From Octopus bimaculoides (taxonomy: Eukaryota): a stretch of 34,193 nt of DNA. Positions 23,226 through 34,193 of the stretch are shown here, piece after piece. The DNA lies in contig NC_068982.1 in the NCBI RefSeq assembly GCF_001194135.2, forward strand, positions 36,833,144-36,867,336, in the 5' to 3' direction. Each line of letters starts with the position of its first letter. The stretch's first letter is position 1. Both the position numbers and the translations under genes were made by a program. The notes below the pieces were generated by a model. That model saw nothing but the letters and a program-made list of their open reading frames with translations, made no database searches and had not been told where the DNA came from.

Positions 23226-24129
23226 GTATATATGTATTTGTGTTGCATTTTAGTATGCTATTAGTTTTCTACTTTCATTTGAAATAGTTTAATTTTTTGT
23301 GACCTACTTTGATTTAGTATTTATTTTATGAAATTTCTATTTCCATATTTTCTGTTATCACTCCCTGATAATGTTGTTTGTTTTAAAGTGTTGGATCACA
23401 TCCTTATATGATGCTATCTGATGTTTCAGTGTGTGCTAGTTTGACCTTTCTGTGGAAGCTTTATAACTTATGAGTCACTTAATTGATGTGGGAGACAGAA
23501 AGGTATTGTCTACATCTTGCAGATGTCCACTGCATCATTTGGGTAAACATAATTAACTAACAAAGAAGAATTGCATCATCTTATTGATTTGAACTTTCAA
23601 ATTGATATGTATAGTAGAAATTTTGTAAAGTATAGTCAGATATTTTCTTTTTGTAAGTAGCTTTTTATTTTTCTTTAAAAAAAACTTCAAATGTCAGCTG
23701 AATATGAAAAATTTGTAAACATTATGAAAGGTATTTTGTTTTTGTATTTTATTTGCATGGAGAATGAAGAGTTAAACTGTATGGTTTCACCTTTGTATGT
23801 CTCTCTTTCTTGATTATTTGAATTCTTTCTATAAGGGAAAAGGTGGTTTCTAACAAAGAAACAAAGCTCAGTTCCTAGAATTTAGATATCAAAAATGATA
23901 AGTGATACATGTTGAATTTTTTATCTGGTCACTTTTTTTTTTATCTGAAAACATTAGCTTTTTGAGATTGTCATTTAGCTATTAACTAGCACAGCATGGT
24001 ACTCCAATAATTATCAATATAAATGTGAATCCTTAACCAGAACAGAGAAGCTTTAGATTTCAAAGCAGCTGTTCATAAATATCCTCATTTTCACTTATTT
24101 TATTGAAATGCTTATATCTGAAAGTTTTA

Positions 24130-24640
24130 TGAAGACTGTTCTTGAATCAGATAATGAATGACATCTGTCCTTCAATGCTACTTGTAGCTCAATCAAGTTT
24201 TTCATCAGGAAGAGGTATTATGGAGATGATGTTCTTTGCAAAACAAGTTAAAGAAAAATGTATTGATTTTGCAGGTGCCTTTTCATCAGGTCTTTGTTAA
24301 CATTACAAATGTCTTTGATACCATCAACAGGAGAAGCACTGTGGGAAATTCATGGAAGTTGGGTTGTCTGCTAAAATGTAGCTAATGTTGAAGGAATTAT
24401 GATAATATGAAGGCTCAGATCACATTCAGCCAACATCTTTCAGATGAAAATGCTATAAACAGTGGAGTTAAACAGGCTGATATCCTAGCTTCTAATCTAT
24501 TTTCAATATATTTTGTTATGATCCTCATTTTTTTCAAGAATGGGTTGTTGGTATCCATCTAATGTTAGAACAACAGGAAGGTCTTCAACTTGAAAAGGTT
24601 ACACTGTAAGTCAAATACATTGAAAACTTTCAAGAACTGC
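24130..24640 (+). mobile_element. RTE-clade LINE reverse transcriptase fragment
   Basis: GRGIMEMMFFAKQVKEKC...HQVFVNITNVFDTINR.ALWE...NMKAQITF...NSGVKQADILASNLFSIYF, across frameshifts. Confidence 0.85.
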
Positions 24641-25111
24641 TTTATGTAGATGTTGATTTTGTTAGTTATATTGGCATGCAGCCTATAATTAGTTGATTTT
24701 TGATTGCATGTGTTGCATTTGGACTCAGAATAAACATGGATAAAGTAAGGGTGATTGAAAATTAAATTTTAAATTTTTTTATCTAAAAAGACATGCATAT
24801 TTATATTAATGTACTTAAAATAGATAGTTTATTCTGTAGTTCAATTTATTTATTCTTTCAAAAACTGAACTTTTTCAAAGGCTAAATTTCACTTAACTGA
24901 GGATATAACATAATAACCATCCAGATGCTGGCTTAAATATCCCAAGCCATAAAAATGGAAACCCAGGACATATTTACAGCTATTCAATTGATATAATTAT
25001 CTGCAACTAACTGAGAGACTACCAATTTGGCTACATAAAATATAAAATAAATGAACTGTGAATTAAATAACAAAATAGCGTCTTAGGATTTCTTTATTTT
25101 GAAAAATATAC

Positions 25112-25330
25112 CATCATCATCATCATACATTTGTTGTCCATGCTAGCATGAGTTGGATGGCCTGACCAGAGCTGGCAAACTGGAGAGCTGCACCAAGTTT
25201 CAGTCTGATTTGGCATGGTTTCTATGGCTGGATGCCCTTCCTAATACCAACAACTTTACAAAGTGTGGTGGGTGCTTTTACATGGCACTGGCACAAGTGC
25301 TTTAATGTGGTACCTGCACAGGACTCTTAC
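25112..25330 (-). mobile_element. (GAT)n-tailed SINE, intermediate age
   Basis: catcatcatc...ccatgctagcatgagttggatgg...ggctggatgcccttcctaataccaac...ggtgggtgcttttacatggcac. Confidence 0.85.
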
Positions 25331-25350
25331 ATACCAGTGTATGAAAAGCG

Positions 25351-25404
<54 letters not shown>
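25351..25404. repeat. Compound (TA)/(TG)/(TA) microsatellite
   Basis: Directly visible. Confidence 0.95.
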
Positions 25405-25405
<1 letters not shown>

Positions 25406-25559
25406 ATAAAATTTTATTATTGTTCATAGCAACAAACTCAGCAACACTGACATGGAAACATACTGGTTATATATAGTCTGACCAGTGAAGAGTACTTAAT
25501 TATCTTTGCTAGGTATCAAAATGCATTTGCATAATTTTATTCATGAAAATTTTCCAATT

Positions 25560-25935
25560 GTAGTCAATCTCTGGCTTGAGTGGGTTGCTGTTGGAAAGTT
25601 ACATGTGGCAGTAGAATTCAATTCTTTGCCATACTTCCAAAATGAGTTAGAGGTAGTCGCAGCAGAATTTTTACAACATTGCCAGCCTCAGTTTCTGGCT
25701 GCCTCATTGCCCTGATTGAAATCCCATGGATTAGTATGTGAGAAGTGCAGTTGAGAAAGACACCAGCTGCTCTGCTTGCAATACCAAGGCTGAGCTGGTG
25801 GCCAATATCAAGGAAATGTTCAAAGATCTTTCCATGGACACTGAGGAATGCATGCGCCAGGATCCCGAGCCATCTTGAGACTGTGTTGGAAGCTGAGAGC
25901 AGTTAAACTTAACTTCCAGACATAATCTGATGAAA
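25560..25935 (+). mobile_element. Tc1/mariner (DD37D-like) transposase C-terminal fragment, different subfamily from the other two copies
   Basis: WLEWVAVGK...FWLPHCPD*NPMD*YVRSAVEKDTSCSACNTKAELVANIKEMFKDL. Confidence 0.8.
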
Positions 25936-28549
25936 TTTTTGGATTTTTTTTCTTGAATACTTTTATCTTTGCATGGGTTATTATGCTTTCTTTTCCTTTT
26001 ATGCAAATTGTCAAATTTAGCCTGAACACTATGGATGGATGATGGCCTAGAGGCTAAGAATCTCAGAACATTTATACATCTTATTTAAGGTTAATGATTA
26101 TTAAAATATCAAACCCTATCGTGGCTTTAAAGTTTGTATGTATGTGGAGGTGTGTGTGTGTGCATGTGTATACAGACATTTTTAGAGTGTTCATTTTTAA
26201 TATCTTTATACGATAATTTTTATTTCATCACTTTTTTCACCCTTTTAATATTTTGCTGTTTGGCAAAATGATTTATCCTTTTGATTCATTGTAAGCAAAG
26301 TAATTTATTCTTAGGAACCTTCTATCTTGTTGAATGGCAATACCTTGAGTAGCATTATTGATCAAGTCTTAATCACAAGAAACAGAGGAAAATAAAATTA
26401 AGTACAAGGCTTATAAACTTCAAGTACTCGTGTTTTTGTTGGTTGTATTGCCAAATCTAGTTGTCTACTGAAACTCATGTTCATACCAATATAGTCTGGG
26501 TATTAATGTCATACAGGATACATTTAAAATGTATATAATTTGATTTTGCTTTTGGTTAACAAATAAGGTCTCTTCTCTCTCCATCAAAGATTTTTACAGA
26601 TAATAGTATTTTGCATGTATGCTCAATTTTGTTTATCATCTACTGGATAAATGAAGTATAACAACATTGCTTTGATTTCTTACACTAAGTAAAGCATGGC
26701 AATTCTAACATTGAATTACTGCTTTACTAGCCCTATACAAATTTTGTGGAGGTGGCATTATAATAATTGCACAATGGTTGAAGTTCTCCCTTAATGTGCA
26801 GCACTAATACTAAATTGTTACTGCATGAAGAAGATTTTATATCAAGAACTTTAGAAGCTTAATTCTTTTGAGCTATGTTCTATCACTGAAAATGTGAAGC
26901 AAAATACTAGGTATATTTATGAAAATGAGATACAAGACTGTCAGTTTGAATACAACTCTATCATCATGGAGAACAGTTAATATATTACAACATAATATTA
27001 TGCAGCTGACAGGGACTTGCATTTTATATTTTTGTGTAGGGGCCTAAAGTTACTCAGAATAATTTGAAGCCACAACTTGTTTATATTCATTTGTGACTGA
27101 TTTTGCTAAAAGCATTTTTGCCAGTCTTATATGTTTATATCTACTATAAATGATCTGCAGCAGAAATGACATTTATAGAAAATTTGGGCAAGCATCTTAT
27201 TCAAATTTTACAAGGTTCTTTTATAATTAGCACAATTGGTCCTTCAACAGCTCCTTTTGGTAAAGACAAAGCTGTATTTCCATTGATAAAGTATTGGGAT
27301 ATAAACATTCTTTAGAGACTACCATTAGTTGTAGCATGCCTAGAAGTTTAGTGCTTTCCATTCAGTTACTGCTATCGTTTTTCAGCACATTTGCTGTGAT
27401 CCTATGTCATTCTAAAGACTTGTACTTGAGATGACATATGGAAAAGAAGGTATTGTAATACTGTGAAGTATAACTGAACAGTTAATGATATTAGGCAATG
27501 TATGCAAGTCAGGCAGCTATTTACATGACTAAGATACAGATAAGATAGAATCTTGTCATAACCTGAATGCAGATTTTCCTAATAATAATGGGTAACTAGT
27601 CTTTCTTGTGTATTTGTTGCCAATATATGTCATGTCTCACTGACAACAACCATGTAAATACTAAAATTAGTAAGTCTGGAATCAAACTGTTAACTTTCTA
27701 AGTACTTTACTATCAAACTCACATATGATACTGGAAGAGTGATCATCTTAACATTCTACTAGAATGAATTAGCATAATTAATAAGTTGTGTTTACTCCAC
27801 TGGATTCTAATCTATTTCTCAACTAAGTATACAATTTTTATCTAACACAAAGTTTGGGGCACCTGAATGATTATAAGTTTGTGCCAATAACCAATATGTA
27901 TTCATTGAGCCTTAACGATAACTTAAATGCATAATAATATCAAAGCATGATAGCAATCAAAAGAAGAGTTGCTTTTCCATCATCCTGAGAATGTTAACTG
28001 ACTTAGTAGATAGAAAAAGCTAATACTTGTTTCTATCATTTTCTTGTACAAGGCTACTAATGACTTGTGCTATATTTGCTAGCATAGCAGCTGCCATTTT
28101 CTTCTGCCAAAGTTTAAAATTCTACAAAACAAATGCTTTTTTTCTCATAGTAAGCAGCTGCATTATTGTATTAGTCAATTTATCAAGCTTTTTGCTAGCA
28201 TAATGTGCATCTTAATATAATGCAATATATTTTGGACTTGAATGTGTTATTCTTAAAATTGATTTATGCTGGTTAGGATTTCAATAGAATATTTTTCTGT
28301 GATATTTGTTTGTAGCTATTTTTTTAAAGTAGATATGGCAATTCTGTCTGTGGTCACAACATGAAGAATCAGTTGATAAACAAACAACGCTGCTTCAGTT
28401 TTAATTAAAACTATATTGTACTGGAGGTATTGTTTTGACAAGCTAATAGCAAGGACAGCTATGTCTATGTACCAAAGACAAGATTGTTAGCTGTAGTAGC
28501 TAATTAAATGACATTAGTACTAAATGTGTAACATGTGATATAGCTTAGT

Positions 28550-28860
28550 GCCTTGGGTTTGACAAAGTAAAAGCTTGGGGAACTCCTAATTTTGTTGGTA
28601 ATAAAGGGCCTCTCTTTATGAAAAGGAAACTATATGATGTGTATATAAGAAATGTGATGCTGTGAGCTATTGTAACATGAGATGCAATACAGCTGCATAA
28701 AAGGAGTTGAGACTGGTATAGATGTATGATGTTAATGAATGAAAAAGATGGAATGCAAGGAAAATTACCAAAGGAACTGAGCATCAATGATATGGTTGAT
28801 ATGTGCAGAAAAAAATGAAAGCACAAGATGTTGTGTAACTATAGGTCAGCTGTGATTGAG
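28550..28860 (+). mobile_element. RTE LINE C-terminal fragment, internally deleted
   Basis: AWG..ELLILLVIKGLSL.MKRKLYDVYIRNVML (cf. AWGKFRELLPLL.TKGLSL.VKG.LYDACVR..ML). Confidence 0.6.
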
Positions 28861-29399
28861 CAGTTAAAAGCCTTCCACTCATGGTCATTTCATCTTTTGT
28901 ACACATAGAACATTGTTTAATGTGTTTTTCTATTTTTGAAATGGTACAATGTGATCTAAGGATTATTTAACTGCTTTTGCTATCAGGCCATTCAGCAGTG
29001 TTAAGAATCCTGATGAAAGGTATTTGCAATATAAGTGAAGTCAAGCAAAATTTCTGGAGTGAGAGTTGCACAGAGTATAAACTTTGGGGTTTATAAATGA
29101 AATGACACAGGATGTGGACACATTGAAGGAAACTGTATCCAGAGCTGTTCCATCCAAGTCAATAACTATCAAAAATAATTCTCATCATTATAACTGAAAA
29201 ATATCAGCTTCACTGATTTTCTTTAAATGATTAGAAAGGTATCTAGTTATTCTTTCCTATTTTGTCTTTAATTAAATGTTTATATGTTATTGTTAAATAA
29301 AGTACCAGATCGTTCAAATAATTATTTACAGTGTACCATTAGACCTAAATTGTCTATTCAAGAACAATTATTATATTGAATGAATGAGTCTGCTCACTC

Positions 29400-29815
29400 T
29401 CCTAACTGAGATCAGGCCCCCAAACACAAACACCATTCTTTGCCACATACTAGTCTCATGCTGTAGTTGGACACTCTGCCAGGATCCTCTCCATCCAGTT
29501 CTTGATACCATCACTCCATCTTCGTCTTTGATGCCCAAGAGCCTTTTTCCCCATTCACTCAGTCTATGAGGATGTGGACACAGGTTCTGGGCTCTGATAA
29601 CATGGGCAAAAAATTGCAGTTTTCACCATCTGATCATTGTTGTCTAGTTTTGCTCTGCTCCTGTCTCTTCCAGGACTGAATTGTTTTTCTACAGGCCACC
29701 CAAGTGATATGCAGCACTCACATACAGAATGTCATCTTGAACGCCCTCAGTCACTTGGTGCTAGTCACCCTTAGGTTCCATGCTTCACTTCCATACAGTG
29801 TTAATACTGCAGAAA
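29400..29815 (-). mobile_element. RTE LINE 3' fragment
   Basis: LTLYGSEAWNLR...LRAFKM..LHITW...AHVIRA...GHQRRRWSDGIKNWMER. Confidence 0.75.
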
Positions 29816-30339
29816 ATAATCTTCAAATCTTTTGAGAGCATAAACAGGACAGCTGATGATAGTTATCTACATGTCCATATATTAAATTAGCAGAACAACT
29901 AAATATGTAGTTAATATTATTTACTGTGACTTGCAATTATTTCTATTTACAAAATCTGCTTAGAGCATTAAGAAAGGTTTTTAAGGATGTTATTAATATA
30001 AGTATTGCAACTACTTCTAATTTTGCTTCTAGTCAACTGGTCCTTTTTTGAAAATATTCTTTGTTATAGTATTTTTGATGCACATTAAAGACGGAGTATT
30101 AATCTGAATTTTGGTTTTTACTTTCTGACAGATATTATATTAGTGAAAGAAAACTGACTGAAAGTATTATTTAAACATGCACACCTAAAATCTAAAGATA
30201 GTGTGTTCTTAGATGCTTCAAAGAGGAATAATAAGTCTTAGTATTTATCTAGGGTATATAATTCAAATTTATCAAAGATAGGAATGGGGCTCATTCCTAT
30301 TCACAAAAATAGTTGTATGTGTTCATTAGGATATTAGGT

Positions 30340-31598
30340 TATGGTGTGTTTGTTTTTTGGGGGTTTTTTTTAGGTCATTTGTATGAATTTAGAAAATGAC
30401 TCATTGCTCACCAAAGAAAAACTCTATTGGGAAACAAATTGGTACAGATAATCTTGAGAATCCTTTTACCACTACTATTCAATGAATCCACTGTTAGCAT
30501 TAATAGTTGCATCAATACAGGATCAGAAGCATTGACATGCCTGAATCAGATCAACTTTATCAATTTGGGACATAGTGCTGGTTATGGAAACTTGTCAGAT
30601 TGTGTAGTGTTATGGGGGTGTTTATTGACCTCTCTCTTAACTACACCCTACATGTAATAATCCAGTGAAATGCTGTCTGATGAGCTAGGAGAACATGATC
30701 ATGGAGATTGGCACACACCTCTACTTGGGTTGTTTTAGACTTCTGTGATAGTACAGATTCTTGTTGGAAGATGTACAGTGTTCTCTTATGTACTCAGTCT
30801 ATCTAGAGTCTCACAACTTTGTCCAACACCTCTGTGTAGACAGAGGCATTGACTCTTATTAATCCCTGTGTAAAAAATATGAGGAGATATAACATCTCCC
30901 TTGTTGCTGACAACTCTCAGAACCATAACAGTTGCTGGGAACTTGGTTATGCAGAGACTTGGATGAGGTTCCAATGGTCATGCATACTATCTGTTGTTCC
31001 TTCCATTTACCTTTTGGTCCTGATTGAAGTTTTTTTTCTTCATCAGAGAAAAACCAAAGCATTCAGCTCTTTGGTGTTTTAATTTGTTTAGCAAATGCTT
31101 TAGATGGATTAAATAATTCTCTCTTGTTGCATCCAACATAAACTGACCCCTCCACATCATATATGATTTGTACTAGATGTCCTCATGCACAACTCTTCTG
31201 ATGGTGCTTTTTAAAAGATCTTAAGGTCCTTTGCAATAGCTCTGATTGACTTTCTGGGATTTTTATTGATTATTTCTTGGACTTTTTGTACAAAGTCATG
31301 TGTTCTAATGGTTTTAGGACCCTTTGCATGCATTTTGCATTTAGCCACTGATTTTGGATCCTTGTGGGTAGTTTCTAATTCTTTCAAACTTTAGCAATGA
31401 AGGATCAGGCAACTTTCAGGAATCAAACTATCTCTGTATCACTAAGCTGCACTTTTAAGGCAACGATTACAGTGTGCCTTTCGATTTGCTAAGTCACCCT
31501 GATGTCTGACATTATTTATCTGAAAAATAAGGTGGAAAAAAAAGTTAGAAGAAAGAGCTTTTGAAAGAGGTGTCCTTAAAAAACTGGTACACCCTGTA
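30340..31598 (-). mobile_element. Near full-length (about 1.26 kb) Tc1/mariner DD37D-like transposon, transposase pseudogene
   Basis: TIR CCTTAAAAAACTGGTACACCCTG followed by TA at 31574-31598; the opposite TIR is degraded. Translation: RTHDFVQKVQEIINKNPRKSIRAIAKDL..STIRRVVHEDI; WFFSDEK; TKFPATVMVLRVVSNKGDV; FQQ; DYY..GVVKREVNKHPHN. Confidence 0.9.
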
Positions 31599-32099
31599 TA
31601 TTTTGATTCTTAACAAATTATGAAGGAAACTACAGTTATTTAAATTTATCCTAGCATCTGACTGACATTTATTTTACTGACTCCAGAAGGATGAAAATTC
31701 AGCTGATGTCCCAAGTAACTCTTAAGGCAATTAAATGAGAGAACCATTATAAGACCATTTTTCATATCAACATATAAGGATTTATATTTTATTCAAGTAC
31801 TGTCAGCGGTAATTAGTGTTGCTTGGCTTTATAGAAAGCATCAGAAAAAGTCACCTAGCCTATGACTTTATTCTTAAAGATGTGCCCCAATGCAAAATTT
31901 CAGGTACTTAGGTGCAAAACGGCGAGCTACAATGTGGCACACGCGCACACACACACACACATGTATGTGCACCTAAATGTATGTATACACTAATTCATTC
32001 ACATATCTACAAACCTCGTGCACACATAAAATACCCATAGCAATTACACACAAAGGAGTATTATTTGGTAACTTCTACAATTTTTTTGGTAACCCTCTC

Positions 32100-32240
32100 T
32101 CAGTTCATTGACCCTTGACCTAGCTGAACATCAAGGATGTGATAGTTGGCAAGAGAAAGAGAAAGGGTTGCACCAACATTTTGATGGTACTCATTTTCAG
32201 CTGAGTAAACTGAAGAAATATGAAACAAAGTTCCATGCTT
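32100..32240 (+). repeat. SINE-like remnant
   Basis: ggtactcattttcagctgagtaaactgaagaaatatgaaacaaagt resembles a remembered cephalopod SINE block. Confidence 0.35.
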
Positions 32241-32269
32241 GTATGTTTGTTATGTATGCATACATGCAT

Positions 32270-33955
32270 GGAGTGTTACTGGGAATAATTTAAATTCTTG
32301 TAATGAGTACAATCTTACCAATAACATAACCTGTCAATTTTGTTTCTTCAATCAAATATATTAGTTGTTTGACTACCAACCTTGTATCATTACACTAATG
32401 TAGAACATCTAATTTCCTCACCACAAGTAGTTTTGGGCTGTTGAGAAATACATTAGTATAGTTTACAGTTTGTTTGGCATGTAAAGCAGTGTCTATTAAA
32501 TTGTAGATAAATTCATCTTTATGTAATTATTGAAGAATTTGATTATTGATCATCTGAACAGCTTCACTAATTGATGTAAATATTGCTTTTTCACAGGGCC
32601 ATTTGTAAGTGCTGTAATTGTGTTGAATGTTGAGAATTGTTTTTTAGTTAGTCAGCTGTTGACCAATCACTAACGTCTGCCACAGATAGTCCCATTTTGA
32701 TCCGGTACAACAGTCTCCTCTCCAAGTTCCAAAAGTCAGCTGAGTGTTGGCCTTTGTTAAGATAAGGTTTTATGCTTGTTTCTAGTTTCAGTTTCTTAAT
32801 ATGCATCTTCAAATGTAATGATTTCAAGCAATTTTTGGTTTGCTCAGCTTTTGTCCCCTTCAGAATGACTGGAAGTATCTGACAAATGACCTCTTCTAAG
32901 ACTCTGCCAAAAGGAGAATTTGTTCCCATAATATCCCTTACAGTCTGATCCAAAGTCTTAAAAGCAGTTTTATAGGATACAGCTCACTCTACCTTGTTAT
33001 TATCAAACACTGTTTTAGCACTTCTGCTACACCTGCTAACTTTGTATGTTATTGTATCATCAATAGTGCAGTTCAACAATAGTTTGAATGCATTGTGAAC
33101 TGTTTTGCATCCAGACAGTATGGCAAGAATACCTGAAGATGCAACTGCCATGGCAATTTTCCTCATGTTTCTTTACTACAACCAGAAGTAGTCTTATAAG
33201 AAAGATTGTTCTTGTTCCTCCAGGTACATCAAGATAGACTATTTCACACATCTTGATCTGAATATGGCCATCAGTTGCTTAAAATTTGTTCTGATTATCA
33301 AATAACTTAGCTTTGCTTTTAACCATCTATTAAGCTGGTATCTTAATGTAGCTCACATTGAACTTGGTCTGACTACTACAAAACAGACCATATTTATGCA
33401 ATTTGTTTCCACCCATTGCCAAAATTTTGTACTCAGTATCCATGAAATCTCTTAATATGATATTCCTGGAATGAATGACAATCATAATATTATGTTGCTG
33501 TAATTGGTGTTAATAAACATTAGACAGTACCCTACAGGTCATTGGAAGATGACAGTTCACATGTTTTCAGTGAAACTGCAAAGAAGCTTTGCAGTTTTGT
33601 AAGTGATTATGAAACAACTGCTTCCATCGTTGTTGCTTCTCACTGACTATTATTTTGTATATAGCACAAATGTGACTATTTGAAGCTGATGAAATGATTT
33701 TGTTCCTCTAACATCATGTTGGATATCCTTAAGTAGAAATATCCCTGCTGATTGGGAATGAACAGCATAGGCACTTCTCAAAGTGCAATCAACTGTAATA
33801 TACCTACAACCTTCAATGGGAACATCTTTTTTCCTCTGAACTATTATTTTGTTCTGGGTGTTAATGTATTGACATGGTTAAGTAAAAAACAATAAAATGT
33901 TGCACATTTGGAGTCTCTTAAAGGTGGAGCTTATGATATTGCATTTGTAACATGT
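32270..33955 (-). pseudogene. Helitron Rep/Hel fossil: end of Rep region plus PIF1-like helicase
   Basis: QRKKDVPIEG...AYAVHSQSAGIFLLKDIQHDVRGTKSF; YLDVPGGTRTIFLIRLLL (Walker A APGGTGKT); IAMAVASSGILAILSGCKTVHNAFKL; DQTVRDIMGTNSPFG..QILPVILKGTKAE..CLKS; NLIDT..VNYTNVFLNS..RKLD..CNDTRLVVKQL..IIPSNTP. Many stops and frameshifts. Confidence 0.9.
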
Positions 33956-33968
33956 TACTAATATATAT

Positions 33969-34193
33969 CATCATCATCATCATCATCATCGTTTAACGTC
34001 CGCTTTCCATGCTAGCATGGGTTGGACGATTTGACTGAGGACTGGTGAAACCGGATGGCAACACCAGGCTCCAGTCTGATTTGGCAGAGTTTCTACAGCT
34101 GGATGCCCTTCCTAACGCCAACCACTCAGAGAGTGTAGTGGGTGCTTTTACGTGTCACCCGCACGAAAACGGCCACGCTCGAAATGGTGTCTT
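33969..34193 (-). mobile_element. Young (GAT)n-tailed SINE (runs off the window end)
   Basis: (CAT)n followed by cgtttaacgtccgctttccatgctagcatgggttggacg...ggatgcccttcctaacgccaacc; CpG-rich; inserted next to a TATATA run. Confidence 0.9.

Noticed and set aside
29005-29030. Other CTGATGA motifs (e.g. near 4555, 18595, 25927, 29010, 30677) as further hammerheads
   Set aside because: None is followed by a stem II and GAAA arrangement.

Overview
AT-rich eukaryotic (animal) genomic DNA with a 10-N assembly gap. The repeat families resemble octopus/cephalopod repeats as I recall them; that assignment is an inference. I can support no intact host protein-coding gene, tRNA, rRNA or CRISPR array. Most ORFs in the supplied track are either antisense or low-complexity noise or pieces of decayed transposons. 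Recognisable fossils are: a Gypsy-type LTR retrotransposon pol (RT plus RNase H, split by nested insertions); RTE-, CR1- and Ingi/Vingi-like LINE fragments; three Tc1/mariner (DD37D-like) copies; a piggyBac-like TTAA MITE; a Helitron Rep-end/PIF1-helicase pseudogene; and many (GAT)n-tailed SINE copies of different ages. The standout is a young, CpG-rich element at 2354-2703. It has a tRNA-derived Pol III head, a (TAA)n linker and a Penelope-type minimal hammerhead ribozyme, and is preceded by a perfect 82-bp inverted copy of its own 3' end. It looks like a ribozyme-carrying, probably Penelope-mobilised SINE/retrozyme-like element. Boundaries of old fossils are approximate (tens of bp); all homologies were judged by eye from remembered motifs, not database searches.
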